Shown here one piece after another: positions 10,754-20,203 of a stretch of DNA of 64,000 nt (the first letter of the stretch is position 1; every line of letters begins with the position of its first letter). A program made the position numbers and the translations under genes. The DNA is from Thermomicrobiales bacterium (GTDB lineage Bacteria; Chloroflexota; Chloroflexia; Thermomicrobiales; UBA6265): contig DATBFX010000341.1 in NCBI GenBank assembly GCA_036558305.1, positions 6,101-70,100 on the forward strand. Reading direction: 5' to 3'. The notes beneath the pieces are model-generated. The model ran no database searches, was not told where the DNA came from, and saw nothing but the letters and a program-made list of their open reading frames with translations.

Positions 10754-10939
10754 ATGCCGAAGGTGCCGCCGCTACGAGCGCGAGAGATCGAAGCGATCCT
10801 GGCACGAGCAGGTTTCGTCCTCGATCGTCAGTCAGGCCATCGCATTTGGTGCAAGGGCGAGCGCTGTACGCCGGTCCCGGCACACCCCGGTGACGTGCCA
10901 CCCGGCACGGTACGGAATATCATCAACCTTGCCGGATGA
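10754..10939 (+). CDS. hicA: HicA-family mRNA interferase toxin (copy 1)
   Basis: MPKVPPLRAREIEAILARAGFVLDRQSGHRIW...VPAHPGDVPPGTVRNIINLAG is the YcfA/HicA pattern. The ATG at 10754 aligns with the MPKLPP start of copy 2; the track start at 10748 is TTG. Confidence 0.85.
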   Translation: MPKVPPLRAREIEAILARAGFVLDRQSGHRIWCKGERCTPVPAHPGDVPPGTVRNIINLAG

Positions 10940-10983
10940 CGATCGAGGAATTTCTCAAACACCGGTGAAGGGAGCGAAACCCT

Positions 10984-11262
10984 ATGACACGCCGATACAG
11001 CATCGTCTTGACGCCAGAACCCGATGGCTCGGCACTTAATGTCACAAGTCCGGACTTTCCGGCGCTTGTTACGTTTGGAGAAACTCGCGAAGAAGCGCTC
11101 GCAATGGCCCTCGATTGCGCAAAGGCCCTGATCCTCACCTACCTCGATCACGGCTGGGATATTCCCGAAGAAGGCGGGCGCGCAGAGGTGGCGACGATAG
11201 AAGTCGACCTCGACGAACTCCGGAAGCGGTTGGAATCTGAGAAGATGGCTGTGCGAGCCTAA
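10984..11262 (+). CDS. hicB: HicB-family antitoxin (short, UPF0150-type, copy 1)
   Basis: [46 protein letters not shown] is the HicB/UPF0150 N-domain. It lies directly downstream of hicA. At 92 aa there is no recognisable RHH/HTH tail. Confidence 0.85.
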   Translation: MTRRYSIVLTPEPDGSALNVTSPDFPALVTFGETREEALAMALDCAKALILTYLDHGWDIPEEGGRAEVATIEVDLDELRKRLESEKMAVRA

Positions 11263-11374
11263 CCGGTTGTCGATCCAGGCGCATCGATCGCAATCCCCGA
11301 TTGCCCTTAGGCGACGGTCGGCTAGGGCCCTGAAAGACGCGTACTGAACGTGATGCCGAGATCGGGGAGGACCA

Positions 11375-12373
11375 ATGGTTGTGCGGGTGTTCCAGGTCGA
11401 TCGGTCGCCGCGGATGATGCCGTACGCCTTCGAACACGAGGCGATCCGGAGAGCGGGCGGCGAGTTCGTCGTCGACCATTGCACGTCCGAAACCGAAATC
11501 GTGGAGCGGGCGCAAGGAGCGGAGATACTCTTCGTCGCGGGGTCGCGATTGGTGACGCCGGTCGTGATGGATGCGCTGCCGCGCTGCCGTTTGATCGCGC
11601 GTTGGGCGGTCGGGTATGACATCATCGACGTTGAGGCAGCGACGGCGCGCGGGATCGCGGTTGCCAACTCTCCGTCCTACTGCAGCGAAGAGGTCGCGGA
11701 GCACACGATCGGACTTCTGTTCGCCGTGGCGCGGCGATTCGTCGTGAGCCACGAGCGGATGCGTCGGGGTGAATGGCAGCACCCCGGCGGACAGATCCAC
11801 CGTCTGGCGACACGTACGCTGGGGATCATCGGGTGCGGGCGGATCGGGTCGAAGGTCGCCGCCAGGGCACTGGGTCTCGGCATTCACGTTGTCGCCCACG
11901 ACGCGTATCGTTCGTCTGAAGCGCTCCGAGCAACTGGGGTCACACCCCGGACGTTCGACGAGGTGCTCGCGGAGGCCGACTACGTGACGGTTCACGTCCC
12001 GCTGTCGGCAGAGACCAGGCACCTCATCGACGCGTCGGCGCTTGCCAAAATGAAACCCGAGGCGATGCTCATCAACACGAGCCGGGGACCGGTGATCGAC
12101 GAGAGCGCGTTAATCGAGGCGTTGTCATCCGGACGGTTGGCCGGTGCGGCGCTCGACGTGTTCGAAGAGGAGCCGCTCGATCCGGCGAGTCCGCTGCTTT
12201 CGCTGGAACAGGTCGTCCTGACTCCGCACTATGCCGCCTACTCTGTCGAAAGCATCGACGCATTGCGGCGCGAGATCTGCCAGACCGCCGCGAGCTGGAT
12301 CGCCGACGGTTGGAGCGAGAACGTGGTGAATCCCGAGGTCAGGGAAAAGTTGCGGCCGCGGTCGCCCCGCTGA
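11375..12373 (+). CDS. D-isomer-specific 2-hydroxyacid dehydrogenase family protein
   Basis: ATG at 11375 after GGGGAGG. NAD-binding LGIIGCGRIGSKVA, DYVTVHVPLSAETRHLI, INTSRGPVIDESAL and LDVFEEEP...LTPHYA. Confidence 0.88.
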   Translation: MVVRVFQVDRSPRMMPYAFEHEAIRRAGGEFVVDHCTSETEIVERAQGAEILFVAGSRLVTPVVMDALPRCRLIARWAVGYDIIDVEAATARGIAVANSPSYCSEEVAEHTIGLLFAVARRFVVSHERMRRGEWQHPGGQIHRLATRTLGIIGCGRIGSKVAARALGLGIHVVAHDAYRSSEALRATGVTPRTFDEVLAEADYVTVHVPLSAETRHLIDASALAKMKPEAMLINTSRGPVIDESALIEALSSGRLAGAALDVFEEEPLDPASPLLSLEQVVLTPHYAAYSVESIDALRREICQTAASWIADGWSENVVNPEVREKLRPRSPR

Positions 12374-12416
12374 GCGGACCGTGCGACGGGCGGGTGCCCG
12401 GTGCAGAGAGGTGCAG

Positions 12417-13286
12417 ATGTTCGACGGGTTCGAACTCGCGAAGATCGACACCGATGAGGCGGTGATCCGCGTGCGCCACGGCGGCAGCGGACCGCCGCTC
12501 TTGTTGCTCCACGGCCATCCCCAGACGCACGTGATGTGGCACAAGGTGGCGCCGCTCCTGGCGCGCGACTTCACGGTCGTGGCACCGGATCTCCGCGGTT
12601 ACGGCGACAGCTCCAAACCGCCGACGACCCCGGATCACGAACCCTATTCGAAGCGGGCGATGGCGCGCGATCAAGTCGCGCTGATGCGGCACCTGGGGTT
12701 CGAGCGATTTTTCGTGGCCGGGCACGACCGCGGCGGTCGGTGCGCGTACCGGTTGGCACTGGATCATCCAGACCACGTCCTCAAGCTGGCGGTGCTCGAC
12801 ATCGTGCCGACGGGAGAGACATTTCGCCGCGCCGACATGGCGTTCGGGCTGGGATACTGGCACTGGTTCTTCCTCGCCCAACCGTACGATTTGCCGGAGC
12901 GGATGATCGGTGCCAACCCCGACAACTACTACTATCGTCAGCGCGACCTCTTCGACCCGGAGGCCCTCGCCGACTACCTCCGTTGCGTCCACGATCCGGC
13001 GACGATCCACGCCATGTGCGAGGACTACCGCGCCGGCGCCACGTACGATTTCGCCCTCGACGAGGCCGATCGGGGGACACGGCGGATCGCCTGTCCGCTC
13101 CTCGCCCTCTGGGGGCGTCGGGGTCGGCTGGAAGAGTGGTACGACGTGCTCGCGATCTGGGGCGATTGGGCCGACGACGTCCGCGGTCGCGCCCTCGACT
13201 GCGGACACTATCTCGCCGAGGAAGCACCGGACGAGACGTACGCGGAGTTGCACGCGTTCTTCCAGTCCGAGCGCGAGGCAGCATGA
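12417..13286 (+). CDS. alpha/beta hydrolase, haloacetate dehalogenase / epoxide hydrolase-like (Asp nucleophile)
   Basis: Start MFDGFE at 12417. LLLLHGHPQTHVMWHKVAP, APDLRGYGDS and a nucleophile elbow reading GHDRGG (Asp instead of Ser), as in fluoroacetate dehalogenase/epoxide hydrolase relatives. Confidence 0.8.
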   Translation: MFDGFELAKIDTDEAVIRVRHGGSGPPLLLLHGHPQTHVMWHKVAPLLARDFTVVAPDLRGYGDSSKPPTTPDHEPYSKRAMARDQVALMRHLGFERFFVAGHDRGGRCAYRLALDHPDHVLKLAVLDIVPTGETFRRADMAFGLGYWHWFFLAQPYDLPERMIGANPDNYYYRQRDLFDPEALADYLRCVHDPATIHAMCEDYRAGATYDFALDEADRGTRRIACPLLALWGRRGRLEEWYDVLAIWGDWADDVRGRALDCGHYLAEEAPDETYAELHAFFQSEREAA

Positions 13287-13750
13287 ACGACCCGCTCGGC
13301 GACGGTGCCCCGCTTTCGGCGGAAGTCGGTGCCGCGCCGCTCACCGGCCGCGTGCTCGGATCGGCGCGGTCGAGTTTTGCCGTGGCGGAGTGGACCGACC
13401 CCGGCGGTGAACCCGATCCGCCGCGCTTCGTCGCTCCGTTCCATGTGCACGAGCAGGACGACGAAGCGTGGTACGTCCTCGAAGGAACCCTTCGGTTTCG
13501 GCTGGGCGACCGCGAACTGGATGTGGCGGCCGGCTCGGCGATCCTGGTCCCCCGTGGTACCGCGCACACGTTCTGGAATCCGCACCGAGAGCGAGCACGC
13601 TACCTGATCGTGATGACGCCGAACATCCTCGGTTTGATCGAAGACATTCATGCGCTGGCGGACCGAGACGCGGGTGCTATGCGGGCGGTATTTGCGCGCC
13701 ACGACAGCCGGTTGGTCGAACCGCGTTCTCGCGACGACGACGACGGTTGA
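13283..13750 (+). CDS. cupin domain protein
   Basis: ATG at 13283 overlaps the upstream TGA (ATGA at 13283-13286). FHVHEQDDEAWYVLEGTLRF...ILVPRGTAHTFWN is a classic cupin two-motif core. The track ORF 12536..13750 is an over-extension of this frame. Confidence 0.8.
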   Translation: MNDPLGDGAPLSAEVGAAPLTGRVLGSARSSFAVAEWTDPGGEPDPPRFVAPFHVHEQDDEAWYVLEGTLRFRLGDRELDVAAGSAILVPRGTAHTFWNPHRERARYLIVMTPNILGLIEDIHALADRDAGAMRAVFARHDSRLVEPRSRDDDDG

Positions 13751-13813
13751 CGATGCAGTTGGATTTGGCTGCAGGTTGGTTTGGATGCAATGCGACGAGG
13801 TTTGATAGCTCCG

Positions 13814-14515
13814 TCAGGCGGAGACGGCCCCGGCAGCCATCGTTCGCTCGAAGGCATAACGCAGCGAGCCGCCGCAGCCGCCTGCATTCGCCGCGGCAAT
13901 GAGTGTCTCCACGAACCCCGCACCGTCAGTGGTGGTCGCCGGCTCGCTCACGTTCCGACGAATCGCCTCGGCCACGAGGTAAAGCAGGTCGTTGAGACAT
14001 TTGAAGTCGGCGACGATCGGGGCCAATTCGGAATCGAACGGCGGACGAATGGCGCGGGCCGAGAGTGTGAGATGGACAAACCACTCCGCAAGAAACACCC
14101 GGCGTTGATCGGATTCGAGGAGCGCAGAGGCTGCGGCATTAGGCCCTGCCGATCCATTGCTTGATGCATCCGGGGTGGTGCTTGCGACCGCCTCGCGAAA
14201 CGCTTGCTGAGCTGAGTCCTCACAACGCCAGGCACGTGACTTGCTGAAAACCCCATCGACGAGCGCGCGGTCTGGATAGCCGCCTCGGCCGTGGTCCAAG
14301 TCGGACCTCAGCTGACTGGTCAGATTGTGCAGGAGTTCGTTGAGGCAGATGAACTGCCCGAGAGTGCGATAGGCATCGGTATCGGGAGCGGGATAATAAG
14401 CGCGAACATCGATCACCAACTCCCAGGCGAGCCTGGAAAGGAACGCCAATCGACGGTCGGAACCGACGATCTCGGCGACCCGATCACGAATGTGCGTGGC
14501 TGCTGCGTTAGCCAT
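13814..14515 (-). CDS. hypothetical protein with internal duplication
   Basis: 233 aa with no family recall. Two ~55-aa segments align without gaps at about 30 percent identity: SDRRLAFLSRLAWELVIDVRAYYPAPDTDAYRTLGQFICLNELLHNL and SDQRRVFLAEWFVHLTLSARAIRPPFDSELAPIVADFKCLNDLLYLV. The region looks slightly less GC-rich than its neighbours. Confidence 0.55.
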   Translation of the reverse strand: MANAAATHIRDRVAEIVGSDRRLAFLSRLAWELVIDVRAYYPAPDTDAYRTLGQFICLNELLHNLTSQLRSDLDHGRGGYPDRALVDGVFSKSRAWRCEDSAQQAFREAVASTTPDASSNGSAGPNAAASALLESDQRRVFLAEWFVHLTLSARAIRPPFDSELAPIVADFKCLNDLLYLVAEAIRRNVSEPATTTDGAGFVETLIAAANAGGCGGSLRYAFERTMAAGAVSA

Positions 14516-14576
14516 CGAAATCCTCCAATGGCCGCGGGTGGTGCGTCACCCGCGGCAAGGAGTCTACGTCATAGCC

Positions 14577-14813
14577 TCATTCTTGCAGAATCCACACCCG
14601 CGTGTTGCCGTCCAAGACGGTTCCGTCTGGTTTGACGGTCAACGGACTCCTCGTTCCGGGTCGCAGCGTCGCCACGATGATGTCGGTTGGCTGCGCCTCC
14701 CAATACGAGAACGAGGGATTAGCCCTGATCGTTTCCTCGGCATGTGCAAATCGCAGGTACGGTTGCTTGGCCGATCCGAACGCGGCACGTCCTTCACCTC
14801 CGTGCTCGCCCAA
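14577..14813 (-). CDS. small hypothetical protein (ends in a ParB/Srx-like DGxxR motif)
   Basis: 78 aa. C-terminus LTVKPDGTVLDGNTRVWILQE is reminiscent of the ParB/sulfiredoxin-fold DGxHR motif, but the ORF stops right after it. It sits 61 nt upstream of the 233-aa ORF on the same strand. Confidence 0.35.
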   Translation of the reverse strand: MGEHGGEGRAAFGSAKQPYLRFAHAEETIRANPSFSYWEAQPTDIIVATLRPGTRSPLTVKPDGTVLDGNTRVWILQE

Positions 14814-14854
14814 CGAGTTGCCACCTCCGCGCCGCTACGATCGACCGGTCCGTC

Positions 14855-15997
14855 TCACGGGTGCTCACCGAAATACTCAGTGCCCGGTCGCACGTAACCG
14901 CGGGCAACCTCGTCGTTCACCTCCAGGCCGATGCCTGGCTTGTCGGTGAGGACGACGTGGCCGTTTTGGATCACCGGCTGGTCCTGGAGAGTCAGGTCTT
15001 CCCAACCGGGGTAGTCGATCCAGTGCCACTCCATGACCAGGAAGTTGGGAATCGACGCACAGACGTGTGCCGACGCCATTGTTCCCAACGGACCGCAGAC
15101 GTTGTGCGGGGCCAAGGGGACGTAATAGACCTCGGCCATGTTGGCGATTTTGCGGCACTCCGAGAGCCCCCCGCACTTCGGGATGTCCGGCATGATGTAG
15201 TCGACCGCCTGTTGTTCCAGCAGGTCGCGGAATCCCCAGCGCAGGTAGAGGTTTTCGCCGGTGCAGAGCGGGACCGGTGAGACGCGCTTGATCTCGCGCA
15301 TCGCGGCGACGTTCTCGGGTGGCACCGGTTCCTCCAACCAGAGGAGTTTGAACGGCGCCATCGTACGGGCGACGGCGATGCCGCTGGCGATGTCGTAGCG
15401 CCCGTGCATGTCGATCGCGAGGTCGACCTGGGGACCGACGGCGTCGCGGACGGCGGCGACCCGTTCGACCATCCAATCGAGTTCGCCGTTCGAGGCGTGC
15501 CAGTTCCAGCGGTCGGTGCGGAACCCGGCGCGGGTTTCGTCGACGTCGAACTTGATCGCGTCGAAACCGAGGGCGACCGCCTCCTTTGCCCGCCGCGCAT
15601 ACGACTCGGGCGAGAAATCCTCGCCGCCGTGGCAGTCGCAGTAGAGACGGACGGTGTCGCGGAATTTCCCGCCGAGCAGACGGTAGACGGGGACGCCGAG
15701 CGCCTTGCCGGCCAGGTCCCAAAGCGCGATCTCGATCCCGGTCATCGCGGTCACGGTCGCTCCCGCCATCGCCCCGTCGAAGAGACGGGAGCGCCGCATC
15801 TGCTCAAACAGACGATCCACGTTGAGGGGGTCTTCGCCGACGATGTAGCGTTTGAGGGCGTGGACCATCGCCGGGCAGCCCTCGCCGCCGTGGATGCACT
15901 CGCCGTTGCCGATCAGTCCCTCGTCGGTGTAGATGCGAACGTAGGTGGAATACCCGTGTCCCTTGATCTCGGCGGTCCGAATGTCGGTGATCTTCAC
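14855..15997 (-). CDS. enolase-superfamily enzyme (mandelate racemase/muconate lactonizing family, acid-sugar dehydratase-like)
   Basis: MKITDI...VRIYTDEGLIGNGE, IEIALWDLAGKALGVPVYRLLGG, metal ligands in the DMHGR...LEEP context, and CGGLSE. Confidence 0.88.
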   Translation of the reverse strand: MKITDIRTAEIKGHGYSTYVRIYTDEGLIGNGECIHGGEGCPAMVHALKRYIVGEDPLNVDRLFEQMRRSRLFDGAMAGATVTAMTGIEIALWDLAGKALGVPVYRLLGGKFRDTVRLYCDCHGGEDFSPESYARRAKEAVALGFDAIKFDVDETRAGFRTDRWNWHASNGELDWMVERVAAVRDAVGPQVDLAIDMHGRYDIASGIAVARTMAPFKLLWLEEPVPPENVAAMREIKRVSPVPLCTGENLYLRWGFRDLLEQQAVDYIMPDIPKCGGLSECRKIANMAEVYYVPLAPHNVCGPLGTMASAHVCASIPNFLVMEWHWIDYPGWEDLTLQDQPVIQNGHVVLTDKPGIGLEVNDEVARGYVRPGTEYFGEHP

Positions 15998-16022
15998 GCG
16001 CGATCTCCTCGGCGATCGATGC

Positions 16023-16808
16023 TCAATGGCCGGACGCCGCGGGCGGCGCCGACGGTTCGGGGTGCACCTGGCGACCGGTTTCGGTGGTGTATTCGGCCGT
16101 CTTCTCCGGCGTCGGCGGATAGTAGTCGTGGACCGATCCCCCGGCGGCGATCTTGGCGCGAATCCACTCTTCGAGCAGTTCCTTGGGCGGACCGGCCGTT
16201 GCGACCAACTCGGCCAGGTCCAGCGGCATCGCCAGCACCGCTTCGTCGTCGGCGAGAATCACATCACCGGGGAGCACCTGGACACCTGCCATGTTGATCG
16301 GCCGGTCGAAGTCGATCGCGACCAGGTCACGTCCGCTCGGTGCCGGATGGGTCGTCGCGGTGTAGACCGGTAATCCGACCTCCATGAGGTAGGGCGCGTC
16401 GCGCACCGCGCCGTGGATCACGGCCGCGGCGGCACCGCGTGCCAGCAGCCGGGCCGCCAGGATGTCGCCGATGATGCCGGCCGTCGGCACGCCGAGGGCG
16501 TCGACGCAGAAGACGTCACCCGGCTCGATCGACTCGATCAAGACGATCTCCGCCGAGGTGCGCCGCGCCACCGGATCCGGTGGTCCTTCCGGCCCGCGCC
16601 GCATCAAATACCGACACGTCCGCGCCCGACCGACGATCCGCCGACCGAGACCGAGCGTCTGGAGCGGCCGCAAGCCCCTCATGTAGCTGTTCCGCCAGCC
16701 GAGCTTCAGGAGCAACTGGTTGGCGGAGGCGGTACTGACGAGGGCGAGATCGTCTTTGATTGCCTCGAAACGTGCTCTTTCGGTCGGTCCCCATGAGATA
16801 TCAGTCAT
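16023..16808 (-). CDS. RraA-family protein (RraA/HMG-CHA aldolase-like)
   Basis: GDVFCVDALGVPTAGIIGDILAARLLARGAAAAVIHGAVRD and GDVILADDEAVLAMP match the RraA / 4-hydroxy-4-methyl-2-oxoglutarate aldolase fold pattern. Confidence 0.8.
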   Translation of the reverse strand: MTDISWGPTERARFEAIKDDLALVSTASANQLLLKLGWRNSYMRGLRPLQTLGLGRRIVGRARTCRYLMRRGPEGPPDPVARRTSAEIVLIESIEPGDVFCVDALGVPTAGIIGDILAARLLARGAAAAVIHGAVRDAPYLMEVGLPVYTATTHPAPSGRDLVAIDFDRPINMAGVQVLPGDVILADDEAVLAMPLDLAELVATAGPPKELLEEWIRAKIAAGGSVHDYYPPTPEKTAEYTTETGRQVHPEPSAPPAASGH

Positions 16809-17117
16809 GCGATCCGTTCCTCATTCGGAAGTGCGTCGTAGACGACCACTCCCCCGTTCCGCTTGCCACGTCGTTTGGGCCGGGCAACGCTCTGGCACCT
16901 GGCAACGCGTGCGTGAAGGCAGGTCCCGCTGGGAGAGCAGCCAACGAAGATTATCAGGTCGGCGACACCACGGCGACGGCCACGCGTACGAGAGCGATGC
17001 AGGGCGTACGGTGGCGGGATCCGAGCACTGAGCAGCCGGCGGACCGGTTGTGGCACACTCGTAACTGCGGTCGACGCACAGGGAGCGCATCGACGGCACC
17101 GGGCTGGGAATGAAGCA

Positions 17118-17336
17118 ATGCCGAAGCTGCCGCCGATGACGGTGCGGGAGGTTGAGACGATTCTCGGGCGGGCTGGTTTCGTTTTTGTTCGGCAAACCGA
17201 TCACCGCATCTGGCGACACCCCGATGGGCGCGCCGTCTCGGTCCCGGCCCACCGCGGCGATCTCAGACCCGGGACACTCCGCAACATCGTCGAACAGGCG
17301 GGGATGACCGTGGACGAGGTCCTCGGGTTTCGCTAG
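17118..17336 (+). CDS. hicA: HicA-family mRNA interferase toxin (copy 2)
   Basis: MPKLPPMTVREVETILGRAGFVFVRQTDHRIWRHPDGRAVSVPAHRGDLRPGTLRNIVEQAG. Paralogous to 10754..10939. Confidence 0.85.
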   Translation: MPKLPPMTVREVETILGRAGFVFVRQTDHRIWRHPDGRAVSVPAHRGDLRPGTLRNIVEQAGMTVDEVLGFR

Positions 17337-17349
17337 GGGAGAGAGACCG

Positions 17350-17628
17350 ATGCAACCTCATCGCTACACCATTCTGCTGACACCCGAAGAAGACGGCGGA
17401 TTTACGGCGACGTCTCCCTTTTTCCCGGGTCTCGTCACCTTCGGCGAGACCCGAGACGAGGCGATCGCGATGGCGCTCGATGCGGCAAAAGGGCTGCTGC
17501 TGGTCAAACTCGAATACGGCGACCCCATCCCGATCGAGGTCGATGCGCCAGAACTGGCGACGATCGAGGTCGACCTCCCCTCGCTCCGGGCGCAACTGGC
17601 GGCCGAAAAGGTGACGGCGACGGCGTAG
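17350..17628 (+). CDS. hicB: HicB-family antitoxin (short, copy 2)
   Basis: [45 protein letters not shown]. Same length (92 aa) and the same IEVDL...L tail as copy 1. Confidence 0.85.
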   Translation: MQPHRYTILLTPEEDGGFTATSPFFPGLVTFGETRDEAIAMALDAAKGLLLVKLEYGDPIPIEVDAPELATIEVDLPSLRAQLAAEKVTATA

Positions 17629-17701
17629 CATGCAGACAATTGATCTGGGTACCGGCGTTATCGCAAGCACGTTCACACCCGAAGGTGCGACGACGGGACA
17701 C

Positions 17702-19294
17702 ATGGCAACGACTCAGACAAACGCTCCTCCCAATCACCTCCAAGCAAACACCGCCGCCGTCGAAGAGCTGCGGGATCGCTTGGCGCACGCGGCGGCCGGT
17801 GGCGGCGAGGCGGCGCAGGCACGGCAGCGGGCGCGCGGGAAGATGCCGGTGCGCGAACGGATCGAGCGCGTGCTCGACGCGGCGTCGCCGTTCCTTGAGC
17901 TCTCGCCGCTGGCGGCGGAGGGGATGTACGAGGGCGCGAGTCCAGGGGCCGGCATCGTCACCGGCATCGGGCGGATCGGTGGTCGCGAGGTCGTCGTCGT
18001 CGCCAACGATCCGACGGTCAAGGGTGGCACGTACTTCCCGATGACCGTCAAAAAGCACCTGCGCGCGCAGGAGATCGCCCTCGCGAACCGGTTGCCGTGT
18101 CTCTACCTCGTCGATTCTGGTGGTGCCTTCCTACCGCTGCAGAGCGAGGTTTTTCCCGACAAGGACCACTTCGGCCGCATCTTCCGCAACCAGGCGGTCC
18201 TGTCGGCGCACGGCTTGCGGCAGGTGGCGATCGTGCTCGGATCGTGCACCGCCGGCGGTGCGTACGTGCCGGCCATGTGCGACGAGGCGGTGATCGTGCG
18301 CGGCGCGGGCACGATCTTCCTGGCCGGACCGCCGTTGGTGAAGGCGGCGACCGGCGAAGAGGTCTCGGCCGAGGAGTTGGGTGGCGCCGATGTCCACGGC
18401 CGGATCAGCGGCGTCGTCGACTACGTCGCGGACGACGAGCCGGCAGCGCTGGCGTTGGCCCGCGACTTGATGAGCGCACCGCGGCCCGAACCACCGCCGA
18501 CCCCATGGCAGCGTGAGACGATCCGCGAGATCGAGGAGGACCCCGAGGACTTGCTCTCCCTGGTGCCGCCCGACCCCCGTCATCCCTACGACGTGCGCGG
18601 CGTTTTGCGGCGGGTGCTCGATGGCAGCAGACTCCGCGAGTTCAAGGCGGACTATGGCCAGACGCTGGTCTGCGCCTTCGGCCACCTCTACGGGATTCCG
18701 GTCGGCGTGATCGCCAACAACGGCATCCTTTTTCCCGAATCGGCGCGGAAGGGCGCGCACTTCGTGATGCTCTGCGCTCAGCAACGGATCCCGCTCCTTT
18801 TCTTCCAAAACATCACAGGGTTCATCGTCGGTCGTAAGTACGAGCACGAGGGCGTGGCGCGGGACGGGGCGAAGATGGTCGCCGCCGTCGCCGTCGCCCA
18901 GGTACCGAAGATCACGGTCATGATCGGGGCCAGCTACGGCGCCGGGAACTATGCGATGTGCGGTCGCGCCTACGACCCGCGTTTCGTCTTTTCCTGGCCG
19001 ACCCACCGGATCGCGGTGATGGGTGGCGAGCAGGCGGCCGGTGTCCTGACCGATATCCGGCGGCACAGCGCGACGGCCCGCGGCCTCGACCTCGACGAAG
19101 CAGGCCTGGCGGCCATCCGCGAGGAGGTCGAAGCCCGGTACGCGGAGGAAGCAAGCCCCTACTACGCAACCGCCCGACTCTGGGACGACGGGATCATCGA
19201 CCCACGGCAGACACGCCAAGTCGTCGGTCTTGCTTTGGCAACGACCTTGAACGCGCCGATTCCAGAAACCGAGTATGGGGTGTTGCGGATTTGA
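17702..19294 (+). CDS. methylcrotonyl-CoA carboxylase, carboxyltransferase (beta) subunit
   Basis: Start MATTQTN at 17702; the upstream ATG at 17630 would add a non-homologous leader. [44 protein letters not shown], and two carboxyltransferase halves. Confidence 0.88.
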   Translation: MATTQTNAPPNHLQANTAAVEELRDRLAHAAAGGGEAAQARQRARGKMPVRERIERVLDAASPFLELSPLAAEGMYEGASPGAGIVTGIGRIGGREVVVVANDPTVKGGTYFPMTVKKHLRAQEIALANRLPCLYLVDSGGAFLPLQSEVFPDKDHFGRIFRNQAVLSAHGLRQVAIVLGSCTAGGAYVPAMCDEAVIVRGAGTIFLAGPPLVKAATGEEVSAEELGGADVHGRISGVVDYVADDEPAALALARDLMSAPRPEPPPTPWQRETIREIEEDPEDLLSLVPPDPRHPYDVRGVLRRVLDGSRLREFKADYGQTLVCAFGHLYGIPVGVIANNGILFPESARKGAHFVMLCAQQRIPLLFFQNITGFIVGRKYEHEGVARDGAKMVAAVAVAQVPKITVMIGASYGAGNYAMCGRAYDPRFVFSWPTHRIAVMGGEQAAGVLTDIRRHSATARGLDLDEAGLAAIREEVEARYAEEASPYYATARLWDDGIIDPRQTRQVVGLALATTLNAPIPETEYGVLRI

Positions 19295-19367
19295 GTCGAC
19301 AGCGAAAAATATTGCCCCGTGTTCGCACAATCGATAGAGCTGTTGCGCTACGTCCCGGCCTATGCGC

Positions 19368-19799
19368 TCATTCTGCCGGCACGAGCGCAATCGTCCCTTC
19401 GCGGGCGACGATGCCAAAATGGCGCCGGTCCAACGTCGCAACTCTGCCGCCATTCCGCTCGGCGCAGGCGATCACCATGGCGTCGACGAGACCGAGCGGA
19501 AGATCGGCAGAGCGGCGGACGAGCACCCGAACTCGCGGGATGTCCTCCGCTCCAGCATCCAGTGCGTACGTTCCGTCGTCCAGGTCGCCAAGGAACGCCT
19601 CGAGGGCGGCCGGCGTACCGCGACTGACGAGAAGATAACCAAGCTCGCCGAGGATCGCCGCGGGCACGATCCAGGGTCCGGGTTCGTTCGCCATCGCTCG
19701 CAGGACCCGCTCGTGGTCCGGGTCGCGGCGATTGAGCCGAGCCAATAAGGCGGAGGTATCGACGGTGATCAAACGGGTCGCCAGTGCGCGGCCAGCCAA
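19368..19799 (-). CDS. vapC: PIN-domain ribonuclease toxin VapC
   Basis: ITVDTSALL, ILGELGYLL, GLVDAMVIACAER and ATLDRRHF supply the acidic PIN residues. It overlaps the upstream antitoxin gene by about 31 nt, so its true start may be internal. Confidence 0.8.
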   Translation of the reverse strand: MAGRALATRLITVDTSALLARLNRRDPDHERVLRAMANEPGPWIVPAAILGELGYLLVSRGTPAALEAFLGDLDDGTYALDAGAEDIPRVRVLVRRSADLPLGLVDAMVIACAERNGGRVATLDRRHFGIVAREGTIALVPAE

Positions 19800-19993
19800 T
19801 CGTCGAGGTCGCGCGCCGCCAGTTCGGGATCATCGAGGGTGGCATCGGATCGTGGACGAGGCGCACGGTGGACGTGAACGTAGCCCGCGATCGCCTCGTG
19901 GAGCAAATCCATTTCTGCTCGACCGGTTTGCCGAGCGAGATCGGCGATTTGCCGGAGAAGTTCGTCCGAAAGTTCGACCGTCTTCGTCGCCAT
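19769..19993 (-). CDS. vapB: ribbon-helix-helix (CopG/VapB-like) antitoxin
   Basis: Only the last 74 codons of track ORF 19769..20743 look real: MATKTVELSDELLRQIADLARQTGRAEMDLLHEAIAGYV, with ATG at 19993. It lies directly upstream of vapC. Confidence 0.7.
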   Translation of the reverse strand: MATKTVELSDELLRQIADLARQTGRAEMDLLHEAIAGYVHVHRAPRPRSDATLDDPELAARDLDDWLAAHWRPV

Positions 19994-20203
19994 TGCCCCA
20001 TCATGGCACGCAATCGGAGGGCGCGGTGCCGCGTTACACTGGATGCGGTCGGCCGAAGGTGTCGATTTTGTGCGGAGCCTTCCGCCTTTCGAATTCTGGA
20101 TGCGCCCAGCGCGGCAAGTTTGGCTGGTCGTCGGGCTGCCCGTGGCGGCGACGCTTAGGGGGCCGGTCCGCGCGACGGAGTGTGCGTATCGCGGGATTGA
20201 GGG

